44,863 bases of DNA, from positions 1-44,863 of the forward strand of contig JBDRBM010000010.1 of assembly GCA_043822665.1 (NCBI GenBank), in the 5' to 3' direction. Both the position numbers and the translations under genes were made by a program. Source of the DNA: Candidatus Omnitrophota bacterium. Its GTDB lineage: Bacteria; Omnitrophota; Gorgyraeia; Gorgyraeales; Gorgyraeaceae. Under the pieces are notes generated by a model. The model searched no databases. It was not told where the DNA came from and saw nothing but the letters and a program-made list of their open reading frames with translations. Each line of letters begins with the position of its first letter. The stretch's first letter is position 1. Below are positions 19,001 to 26,695 of this stretch, one piece after another.

Positions 19001-19399
19001 CTAATAACTCAACGGAACAAGACTATTTATGTTCGGGCTGGCCTCAGCTTCCCGACTGACGACAAACAGATTGGCAAAGAGGCCTTTTTTCGCTGCTTCT
19101 TTATGAACAAACTTCTCCGGGGAATTTTCAAGTTTGACCACCTGCCATTTGCGGGGCATGTCCAATTCCACCTTTTTGGATAAAAGTTTCCTTTGAAGGC
19201 TGACAGGCGATTTTAAATTAAGGACATTATATACCGATATTTTATTGTGGTCAACTAACTTTGAGTAAACCTGGTAATTATCTTTGACCCTCAAGCCCAT
19301 CTGATAGATAAGTACCTGCTGATTTACATACGCGAGCATCATAAGAGTAAGTATAAATATAAACCCCATAGCCTTATATGTCCTGAAATTCTCTTTCAT
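19001..19399 (-). CDS. ftsL: Probable divergent FtsL (start ATG 19399; 19435 is an alternative)
   Basis: Lies between rsmH and ftsI. Short basic N-tail, one TM helix (AMGFIFILTLMMLAYV), then a helical segment ending LKSP. Called mainly from synteny. Confidence 0.6.
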   Translation of the reverse strand: MKENFRTYKAMGFIFILTLMMLAYVNQQVLIYQMGLRVKDNYQVYSKLVDHNKISVYNVLNLKSPVSLQRKLLSKKVELDMPRKWQVVKLENSPEKFVHKEAAKKGLFANLFVVSREAEASPNINSLVPLSY

Positions 19400-19456
19400 G
19401 CTATTCTTTCTCCGGTGCGTAATTTTGCCTGCCATAAAGCGCGGCGGACTTCGTTT

Positions 19457-20353
19457 CTACAGCTTTACTGCGGCCCGAAGCTTCGCGCTCCTTGCGCGCG
19501 GATTTTGTGATAGTTCTTTATCCCCTGCTGTCACCGGCTTTTTTGTAAGGATACGAAAGATTCCCTGTGATTTAAACTTTTTCAATATATTCTTTGCGAT
19601 CCTGTCTTCAAGCGAATGAAATGATATTATACAAAGCGTTCCGCCTGGCCTAAGAATGTCCGGGGCCGCGTTTAAGGCTTCTTCTATAGCAGTAAGCTCT
19701 TTATTTACGCTTATGCGAAGCGCCTGAAAAGTGCGGGTGGCAGGATGAATCCTTTGCCATTTACTTCCGCGCGGCACGCTACGACAGACAATCTTGGTCA
19801 ATTCCGCGGTAGTCTCTATTAACTTCCTTCTTCTCTCTGTAATTATGCGGCGCGCTATCCGCCTATGAAACCTTTCCTCGCCAAATTCCCTTATCAGGCT
19901 TGAAAGCTCTTCTTCGCTAAGTGTATTTACAAGATCCTTTGCGGTAAGGCACTCGCTTCTATCCATGCGCATATCCAAAGGTCCGCTATGTCTTATACTG
20001 AATCCTCTCTCTTCTGCTTCCAGTTGGATGCTAGATATACCCAGATCAAATAAAATTCCATCTGTTTCTCCTATCCCTAAGGTTGTCATAACATCTTTAA
20101 TGTTTCTGAAATTTTTATTTATAAGTTTTACAGTGGTTTGAAAACCCTTAAGTCTTTCGTGCGCTATTTTCAGGGATTCTGAATCCCTGTCCATGCCTAT
20201 CAACATGCCGCCAGGATGTATCAGGCGAGTAATCTCTTCAGTATGGCCTCCTCCACCTACGGTGGCGTCTATAATAATTTTTCCAGGTGTTGGATTTAAA
20301 AAATGCAGGACCTCCTCCAGAAGTACTGGACTATGCAAACATTTTTCTCCCAT
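19457..20353 (-). CDS. rsmH: 16S rRNA m4C1402 methyltransferase
   Basis: HSPVLLEE, DATVGGGGH, DLGISS, PLDMRM, HPATRTFQALRI, SFHSLEDR and NPRARSAKLR. Confidence 0.97.
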   Translation of the reverse strand: MGEKCLHSPVLLEEVLHFLNPTPGKIIIDATVGGGGHTEEITRLIHPGGMLIGMDRDSESLKIAHERLKGFQTTVKLINKNFRNIKDVMTTLGIGETDGILFDLGISSIQLEAEERGFSIRHSGPLDMRMDRSECLTAKDLVNTLSEEELSSLIREFGEERFHRRIARRIITERRRKLIETTAELTKIVCRSVPRGSKWQRIHPATRTFQALRISVNKELTAIEEALNAAPDILRPGGTLCIISFHSLEDRIAKNILKKFKSQGIFRILTKKPVTAGDKELSQNPRARSAKLRAAVKL

Positions 20354-20513
20354 TATTGCTCTTCATGATTTTGTACACTTCCCAGCTTACACAACAAGAA
20401 TGCCTGTCAATATTGAGGCTCCTGGTCTTGCGTATACGCTCGATGGGAATATTAAAACAATGTATATCTGTTGTCCTCTGCCCCATGTAACTACTATGAC
20501 CGCGAGAATCCAT
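20331..20513 (-). CDS. Hypothetical 60-aa small ORF between mraZ and rsmH
   Basis: Strong SD (AGAGGAG) 5 nt upstream of the ATG, directly after the mraZ stop. Overlaps the rsmH start by 23 nt. No recognisable motif. Confidence 0.35.
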   Translation of the reverse strand: MDSRGHSSYMGQRTTDIHCFNIPIERIRKTRSLNIDRHSCCVSWEVYKIMKSNNGRKMFA

Positions 20514-20525
20514 CGCTACTCCTCT

Positions 20526-20966
20526 CTATTCCAGCTCTATCAATTTTTCCGCAATATCCTCAAATCCGTCCTTGGATGCGGAATAATAATCACTCCAGCT
20601 ATCATGACTCCATATCTCGATACGGTTTGATATGCCGATAATATATACCTCCCTTTTTATGTTGGCATATTCTTTCAGGTATGACGGAATAAGAATCCTG
20701 CTCTGCTTGTCAGGAACCATTTCGCAGGCGCCTGAAAAATACAACCTGTTAAAGCGCCTGGATTCTGATTTGGTAAACGACATGGCCTTGAACTTCTGTT
20801 CCTGCATTTTCCACTCGTCCTCGGCAAACATAAATAAACATTTGTCAAGGCCGCGCGTAATAAAAAAACGTTCGATATAATGCTCCTTGATCGCATCCCT
20901 GAATTTAGATGGTATTATGAGTCTGCCTTTTCTATCAAGTGTATGTTCATATTCTCCGTAAAACAT
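20526..20966 (-). CDS. mraZ: Transcriptional repressor MraZ
   Basis: MFYGEYEHTLDRKGRLIIPSKFR, second repeat DKQSRILIP, and RIEIW. Confidence 0.97.
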   Translation of the reverse strand: MFYGEYEHTLDRKGRLIIPSKFRDAIKEHYIERFFITRGLDKCLFMFAEDEWKMQEQKFKAMSFTKSESRRFNRLYFSGACEMVPDKQSRILIPSYLKEYANIKREVYIIGISNRIEIWSHDSWSDYYSASKDGFEDIAEKLIELE

Positions 20967-20971
20967 CTATC

Positions 20972-20998
20972 CTCCACTTTGCTCCACTTTCTGCCACT
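20972..20998 (-). promoter_or_regulatory. MraZ-binding repeats (3x AGTGG, 10-bp period)
   Basis: The minus strand reads AGTGGCAGAA-AGTGGAGCAA-AGTGGAGGAT, matching the known GTGG-type MraZ operator arrangement. Confidence 0.85.
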
Positions 20999-21008
20999 AC
21001 GTAATAAA

Positions 21009-21037
21009 AGTTTACACGAATGCCGTATACGTGTCAA
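21009..21037 (-). promoter_or_regulatory. Sigma70-type promoter of the dcw operon
   Basis: TTGACA (21037-21032), 17 bp, TAAACT (21014-21009), just upstream of the MraZ repeats. Confidence 0.8.
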
Positions 21038-21096
21038 GGCAAAATTTTCTTTTTTTCAACTTACACTATATAATGGGGTTGCGTTAATGAAGGGGT

Positions 21097-22011
21097 CTAA
21101 ATATGGTATGTCTGACCAGCCCTTAAGATATCTTTTTTAATCTGTTTCTTCAGTAATTCAACAGATCTAAATTTTCTTTCGTTCCTGACTTTATATTTAA
21201 ATATAATTTCCACATTGTTTCTATAAATATTTTTACTAAATTTAAATATATATAGCTCGATCGTAGGTTCTCTTTTTATATTGAATGTCGGGCGTATGCC
21301 GATATTCAATATTGCTTTATATCTTTTGCCGCATATAAGAGCATCCACTGCGTAAACCCCGTCCGGAGGAATAGCCTCGTGGCGGGGATTAATGTTTGCC
21401 GTAGGGAAACCGAGTTTTCTGCCGATTTTCCTGCCGCTCACTACGGTACCAAGTATAGATACGGGCCTACCCAGCATAAGAGATGCTGAGCGCAAGTCCC
21501 CTTTTTCGATTGCCTTTCGTATCTTTGTGCTTGATACACTTGCCCCTTTTACTTTCAGAGGCCTTACGCCAAACAGCCTGAACCCGTATTTCATGCCCAT
21601 CGATTTTAGCAGTTTAAAATCGCCTCTGCCTTTACGTCCAAATAAAAAATTTTTCCCCACAACAAGGCCTTTGATATTCAGACTGTTTACCAGTATTTTT
21701 ATGACAAAATCTTCCGCATCCATCTTTGCCAGACTCTTTGTAAATTTTAAATCGAGCAAAAGATCTATTCCCATTTTTTCTATCAATTTGTTTTTGTGGG
21801 CGGTCGATGTTAAAAGAGGGATCCTTAGATTAGGATTAAGAACCTCCCGTGGATGAGGGTGAAATGTTACAGCGAGGCTCTTCATGTAAGTTCTAGAAGC
21901 AATGCCTACGGCCTTTTTAAGTATCTTCTGATGGCCTTGATGCACGCCATCAAATACGCCTATGGCCGCTACCACTCTCTTTATCTTAAATGGGCTGTAT
22001 ATCCTTTTCAC
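21097..22011 (-). CDS. ribF: Bifunctional riboflavin kinase/FAD synthetase (start moved to GTG 22011)
   Basis: IGVFDGVHQGHQ, TFHPHP, VSSTKIR, GRKLGFPTAN and NIGIRPT. Confidence 0.95.
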   Translation of the reverse strand: MKRIYSPFKIKRVVAAIGVFDGVHQGHQKILKKAVGIASRTYMKSLAVTFHPHPREVLNPNLRIPLLTSTAHKNKLIEKMGIDLLLDLKFTKSLAKMDAEDFVIKILVNSLNIKGLVVGKNFLFGRKGRGDFKLLKSMGMKYGFRLFGVRPLKVKGASVSSTKIRKAIEKGDLRSASLMLGRPVSILGTVVSGRKIGRKLGFPTANINPRHEAIPPDGVYAVDALICGKRYKAILNIGIRPTFNIKREPTIELYIFKFSKNIYRNNVEIIFKYKVRNERKFRSVELLKKQIKKDILRAGQTYHI

Positions 22012-22642
22012 TGACGGTTTCCAGTCCTTTAGCCTCTCCCAGCGTAAATCTACCCGAGGCTGTCCTTGTAAGGCCTGACATATGGGCAGGATACCCCATG
22101 GCCCTGCCAATATCTTCACATAATGTCCTGACGTAAGTACCTTTTGAGCACCTTACGCGAAATATAATTTCAGGAGGCTTAAAATCCAGCGCTTCTATTT
22201 CATGTATTTTTATAAGGCAAGGCTTCCTATCTACTATTTTTCCTTTACGCGCAAGCTGATATAATTTAATGCCCTTGTATTTTTTCGCGGATATCATTGG
22301 CGGCACTTGTTCCCTCGCGCCTATAAATCCACTCAATATCTCTTTTATGATCGCGGTATCCTGGCCATTGAAAGGCCTTTCATCTACTATCCTCCCTGTA
22401 GAATCCTGTGTATCAGTACTCCTGCCAATAAAAAGCGTCGCGACATATTCTTTGTTGTCATTAATAAAAGTGTTTGATAATTTAGTCGCCTTACCGATAA
22501 GAACAACAAGGACTCCTGTCGCCATTGGATCCAGGGTACCTGCGTGCCCAACCTTTTTTACTTTAAATCTTCGCCTGATAATATCTACTACGTCATGCGA
22601 CGTAATACCAGCGGGCTTATTGACAACTAATATTCCATCCAT
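21986..22642 (-). CDS. truB: tRNA pseudouridine(55) synthase (short form without the PUA domain)
   Basis: KPAGITSHD, GHAGTLDPMATGVL, TDTQD, QVPP and CSKGTYVR. Confidence 0.96.
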   Translation of the reverse strand: MDGILVVNKPAGITSHDVVDIIRRRFKVKKVGHAGTLDPMATGVLVVLIGKATKLSNTFINDNKEYVATLFIGRSTDTQDSTGRIVDERPFNGQDTAIIKEILSGFIGAREQVPPMISAKKYKGIKLYQLARKGKIVDRKPCLIKIHEIEALDFKPPEIIFRVRCSKGTYVRTLCEDIGRAMGYPAHMSGLTRTASGRFTLGEAKGLETVSEKDIQPI

Positions 22643-22666
22643 ATTTTTTTATACACCCAGAAAAAT

Positions 22667-22740
22667 GTCATTGCGAAGCGAAACCCTTCGACTACGCTCA
22701 GGGTTTCGTCCTGAGCTTTGGTCGAAGGACGAATCAATCT
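22667..22740. repeat. Nested repeat: GTCATTGCGA half-element holding a CCTTCGAC-N3-GCTCAGG doublet
   Basis: GTCATTGCGAAGCGAAAC[CCTTCGACTACGCTCAGG GTTTCGT CCTGAGCTTTGGTCGAAGG]ACGAATCAATCT. Confidence 0.8.
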
Positions 22741-22755
22741 CTAAGATAAAAAAGT

Positions 22756-23718
22756 TTACTCCAAGATCTCTTGCGCTTTACTCAGTACTTTTTTCTCAAC
22801 TGCTTCTACAGTGCCGAAAACAGTACAGCCGCTTGCCGTGGCATGCCCGCCTCCGCTAAAAAATGCAGCCAGTTTATTCACGTCCACGTTTCCCTTTGAC
22901 CTGAAACTGACCTTTACTCTATCTTTTGTTCCAGTTTCCCTAAAAAGTATTGCTATCTCCGAGCCTTCTATAGAGCGCGCAAAATTTATTATGCCCTCAG
23001 TGCCTTCAAGGGATGCGTTTGTTTTCTTTAGCATCTCTTTAGTAACCCACAGCCACGCTATCTTTCCGTCATCACTAACCTTTAAGGTCTGGAGCGCCTC
23101 ACCAAGAAGGCTTGTATCCTGAAGACTGCTCGTTTCATAGATACGGCTGTATATATCATAAGGTTTGACTCCGGCCTCGATGAGCTCAGCTATCACCTTA
23201 TGAGTCCTAGAAGTTGTGTTGGTATACTTGAAAGAACCTGTGTCTGTCATTATGGCTACATACATTGCCACTGCATCGTCATAATCTATTTTTGACTTAA
23301 ACGCCTTGAACAATTGGAATACTATTTCACCCGCGCTTGAGTATTCCACGTCAACCCAATTGTACTTTCCGAAATTTTCATTAGAAACGTGATGATCTAT
23401 ATTTATAATAACCTTGTCTTTTTTTATGTATTCCGCTGCGCTGCCGATTCTGGTCATATCCGGACAATCTAGTATAATAGCTGCCTCGAAATTATAACCA
23501 GAGGGTATTTCTTTTAATATCCCTTCTGTCCCTTTCATAAATCGCAGAATATGTGGAACAGGCCCTTCATTAAGGATTGCGACGTCTTTTCCCAGCTTTT
23601 TCAACAAAGATGCCATAGCCACCTGGCTTCCTATGGAATCCCCTTCAGGATTTATATGGGCCGATACAAGAAATCTATTAAACTTTTTTATCGCTGTCTT
23701 TATTGCCGCTAAACTCAT
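22756..23718 (-). CDS. nrnA: DHH/DHHA1 oligoribonuclease/pAp phosphatase (start moved to ATG 23718)
   Basis: HINPEGDSIGS, IDHH, TDTGSF, SFRS and GGGH. AAAGGA lies upstream of 23718. Confidence 0.9.
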   Translation of the reverse strand: MSLAAIKTAIKKFNRFLVSAHINPEGDSIGSQVAMASLLKKLGKDVAILNEGPVPHILRFMKGTEGILKEIPSGYNFEAAIILDCPDMTRIGSAAEYIKKDKVIINIDHHVSNENFGKYNWVDVEYSSAGEIVFQLFKAFKSKIDYDDAVAMYVAIMTDTGSFKYTNTTSRTHKVIAELIEAGVKPYDIYSRIYETSSLQDTSLLGEALQTLKVSDDGKIAWLWVTKEMLKKTNASLEGTEGIINFARSIEGSEIAILFRETGTKDRVKVSFRSKGNVDVNKLAAFFSGGGHATASGCTVFGTVEAVEKKVLSKAQEILE

Positions 23719-24052
23719 TGCGTATCCTTTCAAATGTTTCTTCCAACTCAATGCTGTATTCTATTGACTTATCAAGTTTAAAAGAAAGTTCTGGTACGTA
23801 TTTCAATTTTAACCGTTCTCCGACGAGCTTCCTGATAAAACCCATTGCACTCTGGATGCCTTCTTCGCTGGCCTTCTGTTTTGCTTCATCTCCCAGTACG
23901 CTAAAATAAACCTTGGCATGCCTCAAATCGCCTGTTAAGTCTATCCTTGTTATGGTAACAAATCCTATGCGCGGGTCTTTTAGGTCCTCTTGCAAAATTA
24001 TGGAAAGCTCCTTCTTCATCTGCACCTGCACCCTATCAGACCTTATCCCCAT
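23678..24052 (-). CDS. rbfA: Ribosome-binding factor A
   Basis: KDPRIGFVTIT, DLRHAKVY, GFIR and PELSFKLD. Confidence 0.96.
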   Translation of the reverse strand: MGIRSDRVQVQMKKELSIILQEDLKDPRIGFVTITRIDLTGDLRHAKVYFSVLGDEAKQKASEEGIQSAMGFIRKLVGERLKLKYVPELSFKLDKSIEYSIELEETFERIRNEFSGNKDSDKKV

Positions 24053-24076
24053 CTCGCCCTCCCCCTAGTGACTGTA

Positions 24077-24784
24077 TTATTGCGTGAGCCTTGAAAATGC
24101 CTGCATGCACTTAAGCGGGCTTTTTTCTTTTGATAAAAGCCGCATCTCCTTTCTGATGCGGCCGCGGTTGACTTTTCCGAGCATGCCTTTCAAAATGGCA
24201 TCCTTTATCAATTTTCTGGTGTGCGGCTCTATTTTAAAACCAAATCTAACTGAAAATCTTACGGCCCTGAAAATCCTAGTAGGATCATCCATAAAACTTT
24301 TATCGTGCATTACCCTGATTAACTTTTTTTTCAAATCTTTACAGCTATCGTGAAAATCAACGATCTCTCCAAAACTTTTCTTATTGATGGAAACCGCCAT
24401 GGCGTTTATTGTAAAGTCTCTTCTGAATAAATCCTCTTTTATTGTGGCTGGTTCCACGTCCGGATATGCCGCGGGCCTCTTATATATCTCCTGTCTGGCA
24501 GTAACAATATCTAACCTAATACCCTTGAGAGAAATAGTAGCCGTGCCAAAGGCCCTGTGCGTCTTTAGATCTCCTTTTAGCCGCCTATTTAAATCCCTGG
24601 CGAATTCTATCGCGTCGTCCTCTATGACAAAATCAAGGTCATAATTTTTTACTGACAAAAGCATGTCTCTTACCAGTCCGCCGACTATATAGGCGGATAG
24701 TTTCTTTTTGTCAGCCGCGGTTCCAACCATCTTTATAATATCAAAAAAATCTTTTTTAAATTTCTTTGCCAGATCTATCTTCAA
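24077..24784 (-). CDS. Short class II tRNA nucleotidyltransferase / poly(A) polymerase family protein
   Basis: VGGLVRD..DLD, FGT, TARQE, EDLFRRDFTINAMA and SFMDDPTRIFRAVRF. Only 235 aa. Confidence 0.88.
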   Translation of the reverse strand: MKIDLAKKFKKDFFDIIKMVGTAADKKKLSAYIVGGLVRDMLLSVKNYDLDFVIEDDAIEFARDLNRRLKGDLKTHRAFGTATISLKGIRLDIVTARQEIYKRPAAYPDVEPATIKEDLFRRDFTINAMAVSINKKSFGEIVDFHDSCKDLKKKLIRVMHDKSFMDDPTRIFRAVRFSVRFGFKIEPHTRKLIKDAILKGMLGKVNRGRIRKEMRLLSKEKSPLKCMQAFSRLTQ

Positions 24785-25911
24785 TTAAGACCTCCGCTGA
24801 TAAAATTTGCGATATCCTTTGCAGACCCGGGATAAGACAAAAGACTGCTCCTCGTCTTCATGCCTATTATTCTTTCTGGATAATTTATAAAGTCTCTTAC
24901 ATTCGCAAGCACCTGTTTAACATTGTTAGCGCGCACTGCTGTGCCATATCCCGTAAGGACCCTGCAATTCCTTGTCTCCTGACCGGGTATAGGTTGAATA
25001 ATAATCATCGGCAGTTTTTTAGACAGGGCTTCTGAAATCGTCAATCCTCCGGACTTGGTAATAATGCAATCGCTTGTCTCCATAAACTCGTCAACATTAT
25101 TCATATAACCAAAAGCGCTCAATTGCATGCCTAGGGCGCCTCTATATGAGTTCAATTCTTCGTATAACTTCTCATTTTTACCGCAGATTACTATGACCTG
25201 TATTGCCTTTTTTATTTTTTCTTCTTCCAAACTAAGCGCGTAGACTGTCTCTTTCACAGGGCCTGTGCCAAACCCCCCACCCATGATAAGCAGGTTAAAA
25301 AGGCCTTCCTTTATGCCAAGCTTCTTTATCATCTCGCTCCTGCCCTTTGAAATACTGAACACAGGGTCACAAGGTATGCCCATGACCTTTATTTTTTCCG
25401 CATTTATGCCGCGGCGCATTAATTCTTTTTTTGTCCTCTCTATCGCTGCTATAAAATAATCCGAACCCAGCGCCATCCAGAACGAGTGAGGCAAAAAATC
25501 AGTCACGAGAGTCACAAGCTTTCCTTTAAAAATATCCTTTTTCTTCAGGCCAGAGATTATCTCGGCCGGCATAAAATGCGTGCATAAAACCACGTCCGGT
25601 TTTTCCTCTAACACAAATTCCACGAACCTCCTCGCCTCTGTATTGTGAAAAAATCTCCTTAAAGGGGCGCAGAAAAAATCTACGGGCCTGAAATCTGATA
25701 AATAATATAAACACGCCCATAATAGCGGTGCCTTATTTATAAGAAACAGGTACACGCGTGGATATGAAAATTTAAAAAACGCATTTGTGTAGTCCAGTGT
25801 GTCCACTGTCTGGACATCTATTCCTGACAGGCCTGATAGCGCGTTATGTACGGCCTCCGCCGCCTTTTTATGGCCTATACCAGCGTAAGCGTGGGCAATC
25901 AAGATCTTCAT
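24781..25911 (-). CDS. MGDG synthase/UgtP-like GT28 diacylglycerol glycosyltransferase
   Basis: GHKKAA, CTHF, VTDF, GIP, GGGFG, CGKN, TKSGGLTISEA and PGQE. Confidence 0.87.
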   Translation of the reverse strand: MKILIAHAYAGIGHKKAAEAVHNALSGLSGIDVQTVDTLDYTNAFFKFSYPRVYLFLINKAPLLWACLYYLSDFRPVDFFCAPLRRFFHNTEARRFVEFVLEEKPDVVLCTHFMPAEIISGLKKKDIFKGKLVTLVTDFLPHSFWMALGSDYFIAAIERTKKELMRRGINAEKIKVMGIPCDPVFSISKGRSEMIKKLGIKEGLFNLLIMGGGFGTGPVKETVYALSLEEEKIKKAIQVIVICGKNEKLYEELNSYRGALGMQLSAFGYMNNVDEFMETSDCIITKSGGLTISEALSKKLPMIIIQPIPGQETRNCRVLTGYGTAVRANNVKQVLANVRDFINYPERIIGMKTRSSLLSYPGSAKDIANFISGGLN

Positions 25912-25912
25912 A

Positions 25913-26080
25913 TTAGAATAGCGTGTAGATAAAAGGCGCTACCGCTGACGACTGCGTAAAAAATATCAAGAGCCCGAATAACAAAAGCACCACTACTATC
26001 GGTATCATCCACCAGAGTTTCCTCTCCCAAAAAAACCTAAATAACTCCCCTACTATCCTCGCTCGTCCTTTAATACCCAT
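25913..26080 (-). CDS. DUF5989 (SxtK-like) small membrane protein, 55 aa; not in the ORF track
   Basis: My translation: MGIKGRARIVGELFRFFWERKLWWMIPIVVVLLLFGLLIFFTQSSAVAPFIYTLF. Has the K-x-WW-x-x-P and terminal APFIYTLF signatures. Confidence 0.85.
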   Translation of the reverse strand: MGIKGRARIVGELFRFFWERKLWWMIPIVVVLLLFGLLIFFTQSSAVAPFIYTLF

Positions 26081-26607
26081 TTGACAGCCTCCTTTAGGTC
26101 CTTTTTTATAAAATCAGGCTTATACGGCCAATCATTTACTGTCTCTATGTCCTCTTTCCCTGTAAGAAGCAGTATTGTCTTACAGCCCATATTTTTACCC
26201 GCGCCTACATCCAGCCTTGAATCACCTATAAAATATGTATTTTTAAAGTCTATATCCAGGCCCTTTGTAACTTTTTTAATCATGCCCGTTTTCGGCTTTC
26301 TGCAATCGCACCCCGCGTCTGTTCGGTGCGTACAATACATAACTGACCTAATCTTACCACCTTGTGATTCTATTTCTCCAAGCATGTTCTTTGTGATCTC
26401 CCCAAGCGCCTCTTGAGAATACAGCCCCTTGCCCACTCCGGCCTGGTTAGAAATTACAAATATTTCATAGCCATTTTTATTTAATTTCTTTATTGATTCA
26501 ATGGCGTCCGGCAGAAACTCAAATTCATCCCAGGATTTTATATAATCCCCGAATCCAGGGTCCCTGTTTATAACGCCGTCTCTATCAAGAAATATAGCCT
26601 TAACCAT
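26053..26607 (-). CDS. gmhB: D-glycero-manno-heptose 1,7-bisphosphate phosphatase (HAD IIIA; histidinol-phosphatase activity not excluded)
   Basis: FLDRDGVIN, SNQAG, CTH...CDCRKP and IGD..D. Confidence 0.8.
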   Translation of the reverse strand: MVKAIFLDRDGVINRDPGFGDYIKSWDEFEFLPDAIESIKKLNKNGYEIFVISNQAGVGKGLYSQEALGEITKNMLGEIESQGGKIRSVMYCTHRTDAGCDCRKPKTGMIKKVTKGLDIDFKNTYFIGDSRLDVGAGKNMGCKTILLLTGKEDIETVNDWPYKPDFIKKDLKEAVKWVLKDERG

Positions 26608-26623
26608 AACCTTAAAAAATTAA

Positions 26624-26683
26624 GCAAAGCAAGCTTTGCGGCTACATTACGTATCGTAGGGCAGGTTTAAACCTGCCCTACGA
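26624..26683. repeat. Two GTAG-type REPs
   Basis: GCAAAGCAAGCTTTGCGGCTAC (26624-26645) and the perfect 30-bp palindrome TCGTAGGGCAGGTTT|AAACCTGCCCTACGA (26654-26683). Confidence 0.85.
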
Positions 26684-26695
26684 CTACGACTGAAA

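Noticed and set aside
20384-20410. Internal rsmH promoter TTGACA...TAAGCT
   Set aside because: The spacer is only 15 bp and there is no extended -10, so it is too weak to call.
21046-21074. Plus-strand TATAAT suggesting an antisense promoter into ribF
   Set aside because: No -35 or TGn element accompanies it, and such a hexamer is expected by chance in AT-rich DNA.
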